Assembly (NCBI GenBank): GCA_018240245.1
Contig: JAFEGD010000122.1
Location: 1,901 to 65,900, forward strand
Length of the DNA: 64,000 nt
Direction of reading: 5' to 3'
From: Spirochaetota bacterium
GTDB taxonomy: Bacteria > Spirochaetota > Leptospiria > Turneriellales > Turneriellaceae
The notes beneath the pieces were generated by a model. It was not told where the DNA came from and did not search any database. It saw nothing but the letters and a program-made list of their open reading frames with translations. Shown here piece after piece: positions 1 to 9,583 of the stretch (the stretch's first letter is position 1; every line of letters starts with the position of its first letter). Position numbers and translations under genes: made by a program.

Positions 1-2
1 CT

Positions 3-1643
3 AGCGGGTCGCAATCCTGCCCGGGTGCGCAATCGGTGTCGGGTAACGTAAAATATAAACACGTGCAAATGAATGTCTCGACCTATCTAAATTTGTCGGC
101 GCCGACCGAGGTCGATCGTAATGTACGGCAAGCGGGTGTGCAAGTCGTCGATCCGGCGAACTCCGACGCTATCTTGGGCGAAGCGAATACCGATAATTCG
201 GGAAATTATTGCATTAACTATACTAATCCTATCGGTGCGAATATCAAAGTGCGTGTGCTGGCGCGCATCTATGCGAACGGCAAGAACTCCAACTATGCCG
301 CGACCGACACAACGGGCAATATTCTCGTGTCGGTGAAAGATAATACGAACTCGGGCGCTATTTATGCGCTCGCATCCGCTCCGTTTGCAAAATCGATCAC
401 GACGCAAAATCTGACGGCGCTCGGCGATTATACTCCGACGCGCACCTCGAGCCCGGCGGGGGCTTTCTCGGTTTTGAATACCGCGCTCGACGCTTACAAC
501 TATTTGAAATCCGCCGATGCGGGCGTCACATTTACGACACTGAATATTTATTGGTCGGTAAATAACGTGCCTTCGGGTAACAATAAACCTCTCGGCCAAA
601 TCGGTACATCGCATTGGGGCGCCGACACGATCACGAATGTGGGGAGTGCGCTTTTTATTTTAGGCAAGGCCGACAACGATACGGATGAATACGATATCCC
701 GGTTTTAGGACACGAGTTTGGGCATTATACCGAATCGACGCTCTTTCGCTCCGATTCGATTGGCGGTAGTCACACGTTCAGTTCGTATGTCGATCCGCGG
801 GTTGCGTTTGGCGAGGGTTGGGGTAATGCGTTCGGCGCGATTGTGAGCGGCGACCCCGTTTATTTCGACACGAGCGGGGCGAACTCGGCGAGTGGTTTTA
901 ATTTTTCGGTCGAGACCAACGAATCGGTTGCACTCGCGGGTAAGAAAGATTTTTACAACGAGAGCGCGGTACACGGTGTTCTATGGGATATTTTCGACGG
1001 CGTCGGGGTTGCATCGAGCGACGGCGATCCGCTGAATTGCGGTTTTGCGCCGATCTATGCGGTCATGCGCAATGCGCAGAAAAATACGGTTGCGCTGACG
1101 ACGATGTTGAGCTTTATTAAGGGTTTAAAAGATCTCGCGCCTTCTTGTGGTGGCACATTCTCGAATGCAAATCTGATAACGGTATTGGGTTTACAAAAGA
1201 TGTCCGATGTGACCGACGAATTTACTCCCGCGACGCAACCGAATACGAGCGCATCGACGCCGGCAAACTGCCGTACGCAGATGTATTATGACACCGCGCT
1301 TCTAACGTTTCCGCTTACCAACGTGCCGATGAACTTAGATTTTCATAACGGAGGCGGGTCGAGTAATAATAACAAATACTGCACGACCAAGTATTACAAG
1401 GGCGTGGGGGCTGGCACATCGGTCACGGTGACTGTGACACCGGGGGCAACTTGCGATGTCGATTTGGCGCTCTACCAAAATGGCAATCGCGTCGCGTTTG
1501 CCAATGCCGGCGGCGAAGGACAGGTCGATACATTTACTTATACAATGCAGGCGGGTGTGACGTATGTGCTCGAGACTCGGTTATTCACCGTCAGCACTAG
1601 TCCATCCACCGGCAACTGCACCTATACTTTGAATATGAATTAA
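3..1643 (+). CDS. Secreted zinc metalloprotease-like protein (HEXXH), 5' end probably cut by the window edge
   Basis: The reading frame stays open from nt 3 with no upstream stop, so the listed GTG at 36 is probably not the true start. HEFGH motif (VLGHEFGHYTE). The C-terminal ~100 aa (TVTVTPGATCDVDLALYQNG...TYVLETRLF) resemble a bacterial pre-peptidase C-terminal (PPC) beta-sandwich. Confidence 0.7.
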   Translation, partial: SGSQSCPGAQSVSGNVKYKHVQMNVSTYLNLSAPTEVDRNVRQAGVQVVDPANSDAILGEANTDNSGNYCINYTNPIGANIKVRVLARIYANGKNSNYAATDTTGNILVSVKDNTNSGAIYALASAPFAKSITTQNLTALGDYTPTRTSSPAGAFSVLNTALDAYNYLKSADAGVTFTTLNIYWSVNNVPSGNNKPLGQIGTSHWGADTITNVGSALFILGKADNDTDEYDIPVLGHEFGHYTESTLFRSDSIGGSHTFSSYVDPRVAFGEGWGNAFGAIVSGDPVYFDTSGANSASGFNFSVETNESVALAGKKDFYNESAVHGVLWDIFDGVGVASSDGDPLNCGFAPIYAVMRNAQKNTVALTTMLSFIKGLKDLAPSCGGTFSNANLITVLGLQKMSDVTDEFTPATQPNTSASTPANCRTQMYYDTALLTFPLTNVPMNLDFHNGGGSSNNNKYCTTKYYKGVGAGTSVTVTVTPGATCDVDLALYQNGNRVAFANAGGEGQVDTFTYTMQAGVTYVLETRLFTVSTSPSTGNCTYTLNMN

Positions 1644-1657
1644 GAAGGAGTTTTATC

Positions 1658-2167
1658 ATGAAAAAAATAATTTGTTATAGTCTCGTTATTTCATTCGCAG
1701 CTCTGACTGCTCATTGCTCGCTGCGCCGCGACGGCGGAACCGTTTCGGGTTCGTCGCCGAATTTTGGCAAGACGCGACCGCCGATTTTTCTTGAATATAC
1801 GATTAACAAATCGGTCGACCCCGGCGTTGCGGCGAACGTTTTGATCAAAGGGCGGCCTTTGACCGATGTACAGAAATTTCGTCTGTTGGCGCGCGTTCCG
1901 GCGGGAATCACAGTTGTTTCAGGGCAAGTTTCGGTCGAATCTGCGAATCTTGCGGCCGATACCCCGCTCACAACATCGTTTGCCGTGAAATCAGATGCCG
2001 TGGGCACCTATTACATCGCGCTCGACGGCGCGTTTGTCAAAGACGGGCAGAACGTCTCCGATACGATTAGCATTCCCTTTGTCGTCGGCGACGGCGGCGT
2101 CGTGCAAAAGCCGGGAAATATCAAAGAAACGCGCGGCGAGAAAATTATCGAGATGCCTGCGAAATAA
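1658..2167 (+). CDS. Predicted lipoprotein, function unknown
   Basis: Strong SD (AAGGAG) 7 nt upstream of the ATG. Signal peptide with a spirochaetal lipobox (FAALTAHCS). Lies 14 nt downstream of the protease gene. Confidence 0.75.
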   Translation: MKKIICYSLVISFAALTAHCSLRRDGGTVSGSSPNFGKTRPPIFLEYTINKSVDPGVAANVLIKGRPLTDVQKFRLLARVPAGITVVSGQVSVESANLAADTPLTTSFAVKSDAVGTYYIALDGAFVKDGQNVSDTISIPFVVGDGGVVQKPGNIKETRGEKIIEMPAK

Positions 2168-2267
2168 CCCTCCAGTCACACCCACACACCCTAGTCAGCG
2201 TAGCCAATAGCGCTTTACGGCAATGCTACCGATAGATTTTCTGCCAGACGATCGTTACGGGCATTGC

Positions 2268-3236
2268 ATGATGATTTCGCTGCAACAAGTTTCAAAAGAA
2301 TTTAAGATTCGGCGCGGGCTCTTGGCGCGCGAAACGCAGACTGTTAGAGCGCTCAGTACCGTCGATCTCGACATCGGCGCGGGCGAAGTGATGGGGCTTG
2401 TCGGCGAGTCGGGTAGCGGCAAAAGCACGCTCGCGCGCATTGTCATGGGGCTCTACCAATGCGACAGCGGGCATTTTTCGTTCGGCAATCTCGATAGCCG
2501 TACAATGCGGCGCGCCGATTGGCAACGCCTACGCGGCGATTTAGGCGTCGTTTTTCAAGACCCCGCATCGTCGATGAACCCGTGGATGAGCGTCGAAGAG
2601 ATTGTCGCCGAGCCGCTGATCATTCGGAAAAAAGCGCTTGGCCTTACGAAATCGGCACGGCGCAACCGCGCGGTCGAGATGCTCGAAGCGACCGGGCTTT
2701 CGAGCGCACATTTAGGTAAGAAGATTCATGAATTTAGCGGCGGGCAAAGGCAGCGCATCGCCATCGCGCGCGCGCTTATTCTAAAGCCGAGCTTTCTTAT
2801 TCTCGACGAGCCGATTAGCGCGCTCGATGTTTCTATCCAGGCGCAAATATTAAACCTGCTCGTCGATTTGCGTAAACAATACGGTTTTGCCGCGCTCTTT
2901 ATTACGCACGATCTTTCGATCGTCAGTTGGTTCTCCGATCGCGTTGCGGTGATGTACTTGGGCCGCATTGTTGAAACAGGTACGGCGGATGAAATTTTTG
3001 AAAAAAGTCGGCACCCGTATACGGCGGCATTAGCGCACAGTAAACTCGATATGGATTACTCGAAACGCGAATTCTATACTTTACCGGGAGAAATACCCTC
3101 GCCGGTAAACCAACCGCCGGGTTGCCCGTTCGCGCCGCGCTGCGATCGCGTCTTGCCCGAATGCACAAAACGCTTTCCCGAAAAGACGGTGGTGGGAGCG
3201 CAAAGTTTCCATTGTTTTAATCCGTTGGTCGCGTGA
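2268..3236 (+). CDS. Oligopeptide/dipeptide-type ABC transporter ATP-binding protein (OppF/DppF-like)
   Basis: Walker A GESGSGKST, signature FSGGQRQRIAIARAL, Walker B LILDEP, and a C-terminal Opp/Dpp-type extension (HPYT...PGCPFAPRC). The ORF opens at 2223, but the internal MMISLQQV start at 2268/2271 fits the family N-terminus. Confidence 0.85.
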   Translation: MMISLQQVSKEFKIRRGLLARETQTVRALSTVDLDIGAGEVMGLVGESGSGKSTLARIVMGLYQCDSGHFSFGNLDSRTMRRADWQRLRGDLGVVFQDPASSMNPWMSVEEIVAEPLIIRKKALGLTKSARRNRAVEMLEATGLSSAHLGKKIHEFSGGQRQRIAIARALILKPSFLILDEPISALDVSIQAQILNLLVDLRKQYGFAALFITHDLSIVSWFSDRVAVMYLGRIVETGTADEIFEKSRHPYTAALAHSKLDMDYSKREFYTLPGEIPSPVNQPPGCPFAPRCDRVLPECTKRFPEKTVVGAQSFHCFNPLVA

Positions 3237-3865
3237 AGATGTCGGCGCCGATGACCGTTTACGCCGAACACGCGCTCTTACAAAGTGCACTCGCGCGTTT
3301 ACGTGCTCAGGCGACAAGTCACGCAGCGTTTGCAAAAACGCTAACCGAGATTGGTACGATACTTTGTGCGCTCGTGAGCGCCGATATCGAGACGCAGCGC
3401 ATCTCGATTAGAACGCCGTTAGCGAGAGCAAAAGGCGTCGCACAGAAAAATTCGATTGTGCTCGTGCCGATCTTACGTGCGGGGCTCGGATTATTGCCGA
3501 GTTTCACGCAGCTCTTGCCCGATGCGCCGGTGGGTCATGTGGGTGTCGAGCGCGATCACGCGACGCTTGCGCCAAAGTTCTACTATTACAAAGTGCCGCC
3601 GCTCAAGGGACAAGAGGTTTGGTTACTCGACCCAATGCTTGCGACAGGGGGCTCGCTCGATTTCGCATTAGAAAAAATTAAGCACGAGGCTCCGAAGAAA
3701 ATTCGTGCGGTCTGTGTTATCGCCGCGCCCGAAGGCGTTGCGCGCATTCGCAAAGCGCATGGCGATGTTTTCTTGCATATAGCCGCGCTCGACCAAAAAC
3801 TCGATAAACGCGGGTATATTGTCCCCGGCTTGGGCGATGCGGGCGATCGCTTTTTCGGTACCTGA
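3233..3865 (+). CDS. upp: Uracil phosphoribosyltransferase
   Basis: UPRT motifs ILRAGLGLL, LLDPMLATGGS and the C-terminal YIVPGLGDAGDRFFGT. The start overlaps the upstream stop (GTGA). Confidence 0.92.
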   Translation: MKMSAPMTVYAEHALLQSALARLRAQATSHAAFAKTLTEIGTILCALVSADIETQRISIRTPLARAKGVAQKNSIVLVPILRAGLGLLPSFTQLLPDAPVGHVGVERDHATLAPKFYYYKVPPLKGQEVWLLDPMLATGGSLDFALEKIKHEAPKKIRAVCVIAAPEGVARIRKAHGDVFLHIAALDQKLDKRGYIVPGLGDAGDRFFGT

Positions 3866-4482
3866 TGTACAAAGCGGTAACGACACAGAAATCTCTAAAT
3901 CGATTGTTGGCGATGCACGTTGTCGCGCAATACGACCGCTTGAAAAGCATTCGTTTTTTATGTGCGCACCGGGCGATGCACTTGCGGGGGGTGATTCGCG
4001 AAGGGCAAGAAAAACTCTTGGGACTTAAAACGGGCGATATATATTTCGATTTCAAACTCTTGAAAGAAGAGGTGACTGCGCATACCGTCAAAATGCGCTT
4101 AACGCAATCGCGGTTTTTCAGCAGCCATAGGCCTGACATCGTCAAATGGAGTTCGCGTGTTTCGTCGAAATTGCAAGACACAATCTTGCGCCACATGACG
4201 CGCGGCGATTCGCCGTTTTTTATGGTGAACCAAAAGAAACGCTTTGTTGGGTTCGACTTGAATTTTATCTTGATGCAGATTCCGCCCGAGCTTGACGCCT
4301 TGGGCAAAGTAAAAATCGTCAACGTCGCATTCGAGTCGAAGCGCATCGTTTGGTACATCGACTCGAATCTGGTCTTGCAATCGCTCGTACAAATTTTCAA
4401 ACCCGACTATATCCAGATCGAGCAGATCGAATTAGAAAGCGACGCGCAAAAATTACTCACCGATATAAATCTTGAAATGTGA
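3865..4482 (+). CDS. Hypothetical protein
   Basis: The ATG overlaps the upp stop by 1 nt (TGATG), suggesting translational coupling. I recognised no motif. Preferred over the antisense ORF 3717-4400 because of this operon context. Confidence 0.5.
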   Translation: MYKAVTTQKSLNRLLAMHVVAQYDRLKSIRFLCAHRAMHLRGVIREGQEKLLGLKTGDIYFDFKLLKEEVTAHTVKMRLTQSRFFSSHRPDIVKWSSRVSSKLQDTILRHMTRGDSPFFMVNQKKRFVGFDLNFILMQIPPELDALGKVKIVNVAFESKRIVWYIDSNLVLQSLVQIFKPDYIQIEQIELESDAQKLLTDINLEM

Positions 4483-4569
4483 GTCGAAGTTTCACGAAAC
4501 GGCGAGGCTTGTAGTTTTCTGTTCAATTGTTATTGACGGTTCCAGACAAGCGGCCATGGTTACTTGACC

Positions 4570-5343
4570 ATGTACAATAGAAAATCGCCTGTCGGAAGAA
4601 ATATTTTTTTGATTCTTTCGATATTATTTATGACGATGCGGCCAATGCTCGACGATTCTGAAAGAGCGATGCCATTGAATGAGAAACACTTGTTGCAAGG
4701 TTTTTGGAATGCGGCGCCTGAACATCCTGGCCACGATCACAAGATTACCTTCAAAGGTGGCAAGTTCCAATGGGTAGATATTATCGCAGAAAAAGAAGCA
4801 CGTTATTCGGGTAGCTACAAGCTTGAGAAAAACGCACTTAGATTAAGCGGCGTGAAAGAAACCAGCGTTGGGGGCTCTTGGCCGGTGCCGACTGAAATTC
4901 TATGTTTTCTCGTACCCGATACCGATGCGCTAGAATTCGAAGAAAAGCTGGCTTGCGCTAATGCGGGTGGTGATGATTTTTCGGTCAACTTCACAAATAC
5001 AAAGGTCAAAACTAAGCCCGGTGCAGAGCGAGTCGTTTCTGATATACCCGTCATCTATTCACCCGGTGTCAAACGCCCAACTGCGACAGTGGTGCTGCGC
5101 AGCATGCCAGACACGTCGGCTGGCTACGTGACTTGGTTTACGCAAGGCAAGTCCGGCGATCCCGAAGCAAGGAAAAATTTACTCAAGGGCGAGAAGATTA
5201 AAGTACTAGCGCGTACCCAGAAAAAAATGAAGGTTGGCAAATTTAATAATTACTGGTATTACGTCGAGACAGATGGCATTAGCGAATTTGGCGGTGTGTC
5301 TCTGGGCATTCGTGGGTGGGCCTACGGGGAGTTCTTAAAGTAG
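4570..5343 (+). CDS. Membrane-anchored protein with a C-terminal bacterial SH3-like domain
   Basis: N-terminal hydrophobic segment (IFLILSILFMTM). The C-terminus KGEKIKVLARTQKKMKVGKFNNYWYYVETDG...GWAYGEFL has an SH3b-like pattern. A TTG at 4564 or the ATG at 4570 are both possible starts. Confidence 0.6.
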   Translation: MYNRKSPVGRNIFLILSILFMTMRPMLDDSERAMPLNEKHLLQGFWNAAPEHPGHDHKITFKGGKFQWVDIIAEKEARYSGSYKLEKNALRLSGVKETSVGGSWPVPTEILCFLVPDTDALEFEEKLACANAGGDDFSVNFTNTKVKTKPGAERVVSDIPVIYSPGVKRPTATVVLRSMPDTSAGYVTWFTQGKSGDPEARKNLLKGEKIKVLARTQKKMKVGKFNNYWYYVETDGISEFGGVSLGIRGWAYGEFLK

Positions 5344-5397
5344 ATAGTGGGTGCGGTTCAATGAATATTTAGCGACAATGGCACACAATGTTATTTT

Positions 5398-6231
5398 TCA
5401 GAAATCGTCTTTCATGTCGGCGCCGGGAATCAGTCTGTCTGCTGTGTCGGCGACGACGAACATGCTCGCAAGATTGAAAACCGACATGCCAGGTTGGTCG
5501 CGAAAATAGCTGGCGACTTTTATCCCGACAAACCAAAGTTCGAATTTGTTATGCTTCAGCGGGTTACGCAACCGCAAGTACGGCGGTATCACGACTTCAA
5601 AACGTTTCCAACCCGTATAATCGAGCGAGCAGACGAATATTTCTTGCTGCACCGAATTCGGACCGCGAAAAATCGCGAATATTTGGTGCGCGTGTCCTGC
5701 ACCGCGCACGAATAGCGAAAATAATCGGTTACGGTCTTCGAGCAAAATTTCTTTTTTAGGCTTGAGATAGAGCACGTCTTTACCCGGCTGTGCGACGTTC
5801 CAGCGGTATTCGATCGAATTAGCGATAAAAGAGAGTGGCGTTTTATTCGCGAGCTGCCGTGTGGCATTGACAAAATCCCAGTCTTTGGCAAATGCCGCTT
5901 TCGTCGTCGCACTCTTATCGGTCGCAGGGTGTACGGGCACAACCCGCGCGCTCACTTGGTGCGAATAACTTCTGTCGGGTGCGATCTGCTTAAGGCTGAA
6001 ATCGGTCACGAGTCTGAATGCGGTCTCGCGGTCGGGGGCGAGGCCATACCAAAATTGTTCGGTCGCTTCTGTCGTCGGTGGTGTTTTTTTTGCAACGGGT
6101 GGATTAACTTCTGTAATATCGCGGCTATCGGGTAGTCGGCCTGCCTGTGCAGTGATGTTGTCGGGCGGTAAAGCAGCGCCAGCGCACAATAGAGCCCATA
6201 GAACCGCTCGACGCCGTCTCGACAAAAACAC
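5398..6231 (-). CDS. Secreted protein, possibly FlaA-domain (flagellar filament outer-layer protein-like)
   Basis: Signal peptide (AVLWALLCAGAALP). The C-terminal pattern LDYTGWKRFEVVIPPYLRLRNP resembles the GWK..L.v.IP motif I associate with spirochaetal FlaA-domain proteins. This is recalled from memory only. Confidence 0.55.
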   Translation of the reverse strand: MFLSRRRRAVLWALLCAGAALPPDNITAQAGRLPDSRDITEVNPPVAKKTPPTTEATEQFWYGLAPDRETAFRLVTDFSLKQIAPDRSYSHQVSARVVPVHPATDKSATTKAAFAKDWDFVNATRQLANKTPLSFIANSIEYRWNVAQPGKDVLYLKPKKEILLEDRNRLFSLFVRGAGHAHQIFAIFRGPNSVQQEIFVCSLDYTGWKRFEVVIPPYLRLRNPLKHNKFELWFVGIKVASYFRDQPGMSVFNLASMFVVADTADRLIPGADMKDDF

Positions 6232-6248
6232 GAGGTGCTCTAACGGCG

Positions 6249-7292
6249 ATGAATCCCCTCGAAAAGCTTTATTCTTTCGGTAATCGCCTGCATCGGCGCA
6301 TGGTCAAAAGCGTGCGCATTCCCGGAACAAAAATTTTATCGATCGGTAACATCACGACCGGCGGCACGGGCAAGACGCCGGCGACGATTTATTTTAGTCG
6401 GCTGCTGCGCGCCGAGTTTCCGAACCAGGCGGTGCTGAGTCGCGGCTATGGCGGCAAGCTCGCACACGAAACCAATCTCTTATCAGACGGTTATCGTGTG
6501 CTTATGTCGAGCGGCGATGCGGGCGACGAGCCATATCTTATGGCAGTCAATCTGCCGGGCGTGCGCGTTGCCGTCGGGCGCAACCGCTTGAAGAACGCGC
6601 AGCGTTTGCTCGCAGAATTTTCGACAGGGCTTTTCTTATTAGACGACGGTTTTCAGCACTATCGCATCGCGCGCGACGCCGATGTGGTGCTTATCGACGC
6701 GACGAACCCTTTTGGAAGCGGCAAACTCTTGCCGCAGGGAATATTGCGCGAGCCGATCGAAAATTTAGCGCGTGCCTCGGTGATTGTTCTGACTAAAACC
6801 GATCTATTAGAACGCGCGGCGCTCGACGAGCTGAGAGAACGTGTGCGCCAAATTTCGGGTCTGTCGCATATTTTTCTGAGTCGACACCGCGCCGACGGCC
6901 TCGTGAAAATACCGCACGAATACACGCCGCAATACGTTGCTAAGGTGCAGAGCACGGCGCTCTTGAAACATGAAACGGTCTGGGCATTGTCGGCGATTGC
7001 GAACGGGCGCGCGTTTAGCGAAATGCTGCGCCGTGCGGGGGCAGAAAAAGTCGAGACAATCAGCTTCCGCGATCATCACGATTTTTCCGAGCGCGATATA
7101 CGCATGGTGTTAGAGCGCGTTAAGCCGTACGACATCGTCGTCACAACCGAAAAAGACTATGTGCGCCTAAGAAAGCATGCGGATGCACTCAAGTCGCTCA
7201 AGCAATTTTTCTATTTGAAAATTGAGTTCGAGGTTTTAGAAAATGAAATTCTCTTGAAAGAGGGGCTCAAGGCGCGACTCATGCATCATTGA
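6249..7292 (+). CDS. lpxK: Tetraacyldisaccharide 4'-kinase
   Basis: LpxK P-loop GNITTGGTGKTP followed by LSRGYGG. Length ~347 aa. Confidence 0.9.
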   Translation: MNPLEKLYSFGNRLHRRMVKSVRIPGTKILSIGNITTGGTGKTPATIYFSRLLRAEFPNQAVLSRGYGGKLAHETNLLSDGYRVLMSSGDAGDEPYLMAVNLPGVRVAVGRNRLKNAQRLLAEFSTGLFLLDDGFQHYRIARDADVVLIDATNPFGSGKLLPQGILREPIENLARASVIVLTKTDLLERAALDELRERVRQISGLSHIFLSRHRADGLVKIPHEYTPQYVAKVQSTALLKHETVWALSAIANGRAFSEMLRRAGAEKVETISFRDHHDFSERDIRMVLERVKPYDIVVTTEKDYVRLRKHADALKSLKQFFYLKIEFEVLENEILLKEGLKARLMHH

Positions 7293-8066
7293 CTATGGCT
7301 GCGCCCCCGCCGGTGCAAGCGCCGTCTTCTGAACGTCGCTACCCAACGAGTAATCGAATTGGTGTTTCTTGACGAACGTTTTTTCACCGCGCACCGTCTC
7401 GTGATATAAAATTTCAATAAGCTGCTTATTCGCGTTATAATGGTACTCGGCGTAGCGCGCACCGGTGAGCCCGCTTTTGACGCGCGTGGTCAGGAGACCG
7501 TTTTCAAATATCGATTCGACGCGCGAGGTTAGTTCGCCCTTGGCGTTGTAAATATTTTGCAGAACCCCTTTGGGTGTCGGCTGCAACCGAAACGATTCGG
7601 TCATCTTTTTTTCGACGATGCGTTTGCCGGCGACAAGCTTGCCCGCCTTGTCGTAGACGTAGCGCCATTCGATCTTGGCGTTGCCGCGCACGTCGTGAAT
7701 CAGCGTCTTATCGAGTCGTTCTTTCTTATATATAAGTTCGATGTCTTCGGCGAGATTGTCGGCGGCGTCGAAGAGTTGTTCGCGCACAAGGCGATTATTA
7801 TCGTATGCGTAGAGTGTGTGCCCCGTGGCAATTTTTTTTGTCGCGGCGAGGCGAAAATATTGCGCGCGCACGAGTAAATTATCTTTGTAATAAAATTCGG
7901 CGGTTTCGGTCGCGTTACCGGCGGTGACGGTTTCAGTCGCCGGCCGCGTAGCAAACGTATTGAGCTTTTTATACGCTTCGAGTGGGTCAAAAACTTCGGG
8001 ACCCGCCATCAACGCTGGGGTTAATCCCACGCACAAAAAAAGCAAATTAGTCGGTAAAAGCCTCAT
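7293..8066 (-). CDS. Secreted MORN-variant/YwqK-like repeat protein
   Basis: Repeated Y(Y/A)YD.N.L(V)....F-type units (FYYKDNLLVRAQYF, YAYDNNRLVREQLF, YVYDKAGKLVAGKRI, YHYNANKQLIEILY). A signal peptide begins at the internal Met (MRLLPTNLLFLCVGLTPALMAG), although the ORF extends to 8138. Confidence 0.6.
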   Translation of the reverse strand: MRLLPTNLLFLCVGLTPALMAGPEVFDPLEAYKKLNTFATRPATETVTAGNATETAEFYYKDNLLVRAQYFRLAATKKIATGHTLYAYDNNRLVREQLFDAADNLAEDIELIYKKERLDKTLIHDVRGNAKIEWRYVYDKAGKLVAGKRIVEKKMTESFRLQPTPKGVLQNIYNAKGELTSRVESIFENGLLTTRVKSGLTGARYAEYHYNANKQLIEILYHETVRGEKTFVKKHQFDYSLGSDVQKTALAPAGAQP

Positions 8067-8157
8067 GAGACATATTTCGGCCAGTTTGTTAAAAAAGTGA
8101 GAATTTTTTCTCAAGCCTTGAGTTACTCGAACCGACAATCAGAATGTGAGGGAGTCT

Positions 8158-8337
8158 ATGCAAGGGATTCAAGAAATCGGCCAGTGGCAACCCACTGTCA
8201 TCTCGCCAGAAGACCTCAAAGCTCTTCTGTACTTGACGATTAGGGGTGAAAACGGTCTGACACCGCAAATGGAAGCGCCTGCGAGCGCCGCAGATCGCGT
8301 GGTCGACGCAGAAAAAGGCGTCGATGTGCGTGCATGA
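8158..8337 (+). CDS. Possible small protein (59 aa), unknown function
   Basis: The ATG is preceded by GAGGGAG. The ORF ends 24-33 nt before yicC on the same strand. No recognisable motif. Confidence 0.3.
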   Translation: MQGIQEIGQWQPTVISPEDLKALLYLTIRGENGLTPQMEAPASAADRVVDAEKGVDVRA

Positions 8338-8370
8338 TCTCGGCGATACGGGACATACTTTGTGGAGAGC

Positions 8371-9261
8371 ATGACCGGATATGGCGAGAGCCATTTTAGC
8401 GCCGAAGGTGTACAAATTGTCTGCGCTGCGCGCAGTTTGAATAATCGTTTTCTCGACGTAGAATTAAATTTTCCGAACGAGCTCGCGTGGTTTCGTGCGC
8501 ACAGCGAAGAAATTATTCGCAAACGTTTCAAGCGCGGGCGCATCGAGGTATCTTTTCAAAGCGCCACGCCGCTACCCGTCGATATCGTGTTTAACAACGA
8601 CGTTATTATTCAATTCGAACGCTTCTTGTCGCAGCGTTTAGGCAAGAAAAAGATTTCGCTCGATGTGCGCGAGCTTTTGCAAATACCGGGGATTGCCGAG
8701 CAGCGTGTAAAAAATTGGCGGAGCTATCAAAGTAAATTCGATTTTCATCTAATGCGTGCGCTGATAAAAATGCAGCGAGCGCGTAGCGCAGAAGGTAAGC
8801 GCACGACACGCGCGTGCCTAACACATTTGCGCTATCTGACGCGGGTACAACGCCAAATCGGCGTTTTGCACGCGCAGTCGCTACGCAAAAAAATCTTAGG
8901 TTTAAGGCAGCGCATTTACGCCGATTTTTTTGCTACTTCGAACGAACCCTTACGCAACGAACGCGAAAAAATGCATGTCGCACGCATGATATGGAACGAA
9001 AAGAAAGACGAGATTGTGCGCTCGGTGCATAACGACGCAAGCGAAGAAATTAGCCGCATCGGCATGCACATTGCGCGCATGCTCGAACTTTTCAAAAAAG
9101 GCGAGAGTGCGGGTCGCGAATTAGAATTTTTTTTGCAAGAATTACAACGCGAGACGAACACAATCGCCGCGAAGGCGCAAGACGCCGACATCAACGGGCT
9201 CACGATCATCATGAAGACTGAAATCGAACGTCTGCGCGAACAAGTGAGAAATTTAGAATGA
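8371..9261 (+). CDS. yicC: YicC-family stress-induced protein
   Basis: N-terminal MTGYGE and a C-terminal DUF1732-like segment (RELEFFLQELQRETNTIAAKA...EIERLREQVRNLE). The ORF opens at 8362. Confidence 0.88.
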   Translation: MTGYGESHFSAEGVQIVCAARSLNNRFLDVELNFPNELAWFRAHSEEIIRKRFKRGRIEVSFQSATPLPVDIVFNNDVIIQFERFLSQRLGKKKISLDVRELLQIPGIAEQRVKNWRSYQSKFDFHLMRALIKMQRARSAEGKRTTRACLTHLRYLTRVQRQIGVLHAQSLRKKILGLRQRIYADFFATSNEPLRNEREKMHVARMIWNEKKDEIVRSVHNDASEEISRIGMHIARMLELFKKGESAGRELEFFLQELQRETNTIAAKAQDADINGLTIIMKTEIERLREQVRNLE

Positions 9262-9304
9262 GGTCGCGGTTGTTCGACAAGCTCACCAACCGCGGAGTCG
9301 AAGC

Positions 9305-9583
9305 GTGAAGCTCCTACACGTTGGGTTTTCGAATAGCGTTTCGATCGACAAGATCGTCGCGATTATCTCGCCTGAAACGGCGATCGCCAAGCGCCTGCGC
9401 GACTTGGGACGCGAGAGCAATAATCTCATCGATTGCACCATGGGGCGCAAGATGCGTTCGATGGTTTTGACCGACAGCGATTTTATTTTCATGTCGGCGA
9501 TGCGCCCCGAGGCGCTCATGCAACGCATGGAGCGACCGGGCGTAGCAGATGATGCGGACGCTGAATCGCAGGCGACGGATTAA
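9305..9583 (+). CDS. DUF370/RemA-like small protein
   Basis: LHVGFSNSVSIDKIVAIISPETAIAKRL...LIDCTMGRKMRSMVLTDSDFIFMSAMRPEALMQR matches the RemA/YlzA pattern. Its position directly after yicC is a commonly conserved pairing. Confidence 0.85.
   Translation: MKLLHVGFSNSVSIDKIVAIISPETAIAKRLRDLGRESNNLIDCTMGRKMRSMVLTDSDFIFMSAMRPEALMQRMERPGVADDADAESQATD

Noticed and set aside
3717-4400. A 227-aa minus-strand ORF overlapping the upp 3' end and the downstream + strand ORF.
   Set aside because: It overlaps the confidently identified upp by ~150 nt. The + strand alternative (3865-4482) is translationally coupled to upp. Neither has a motif, so the operon-consistent one was kept.
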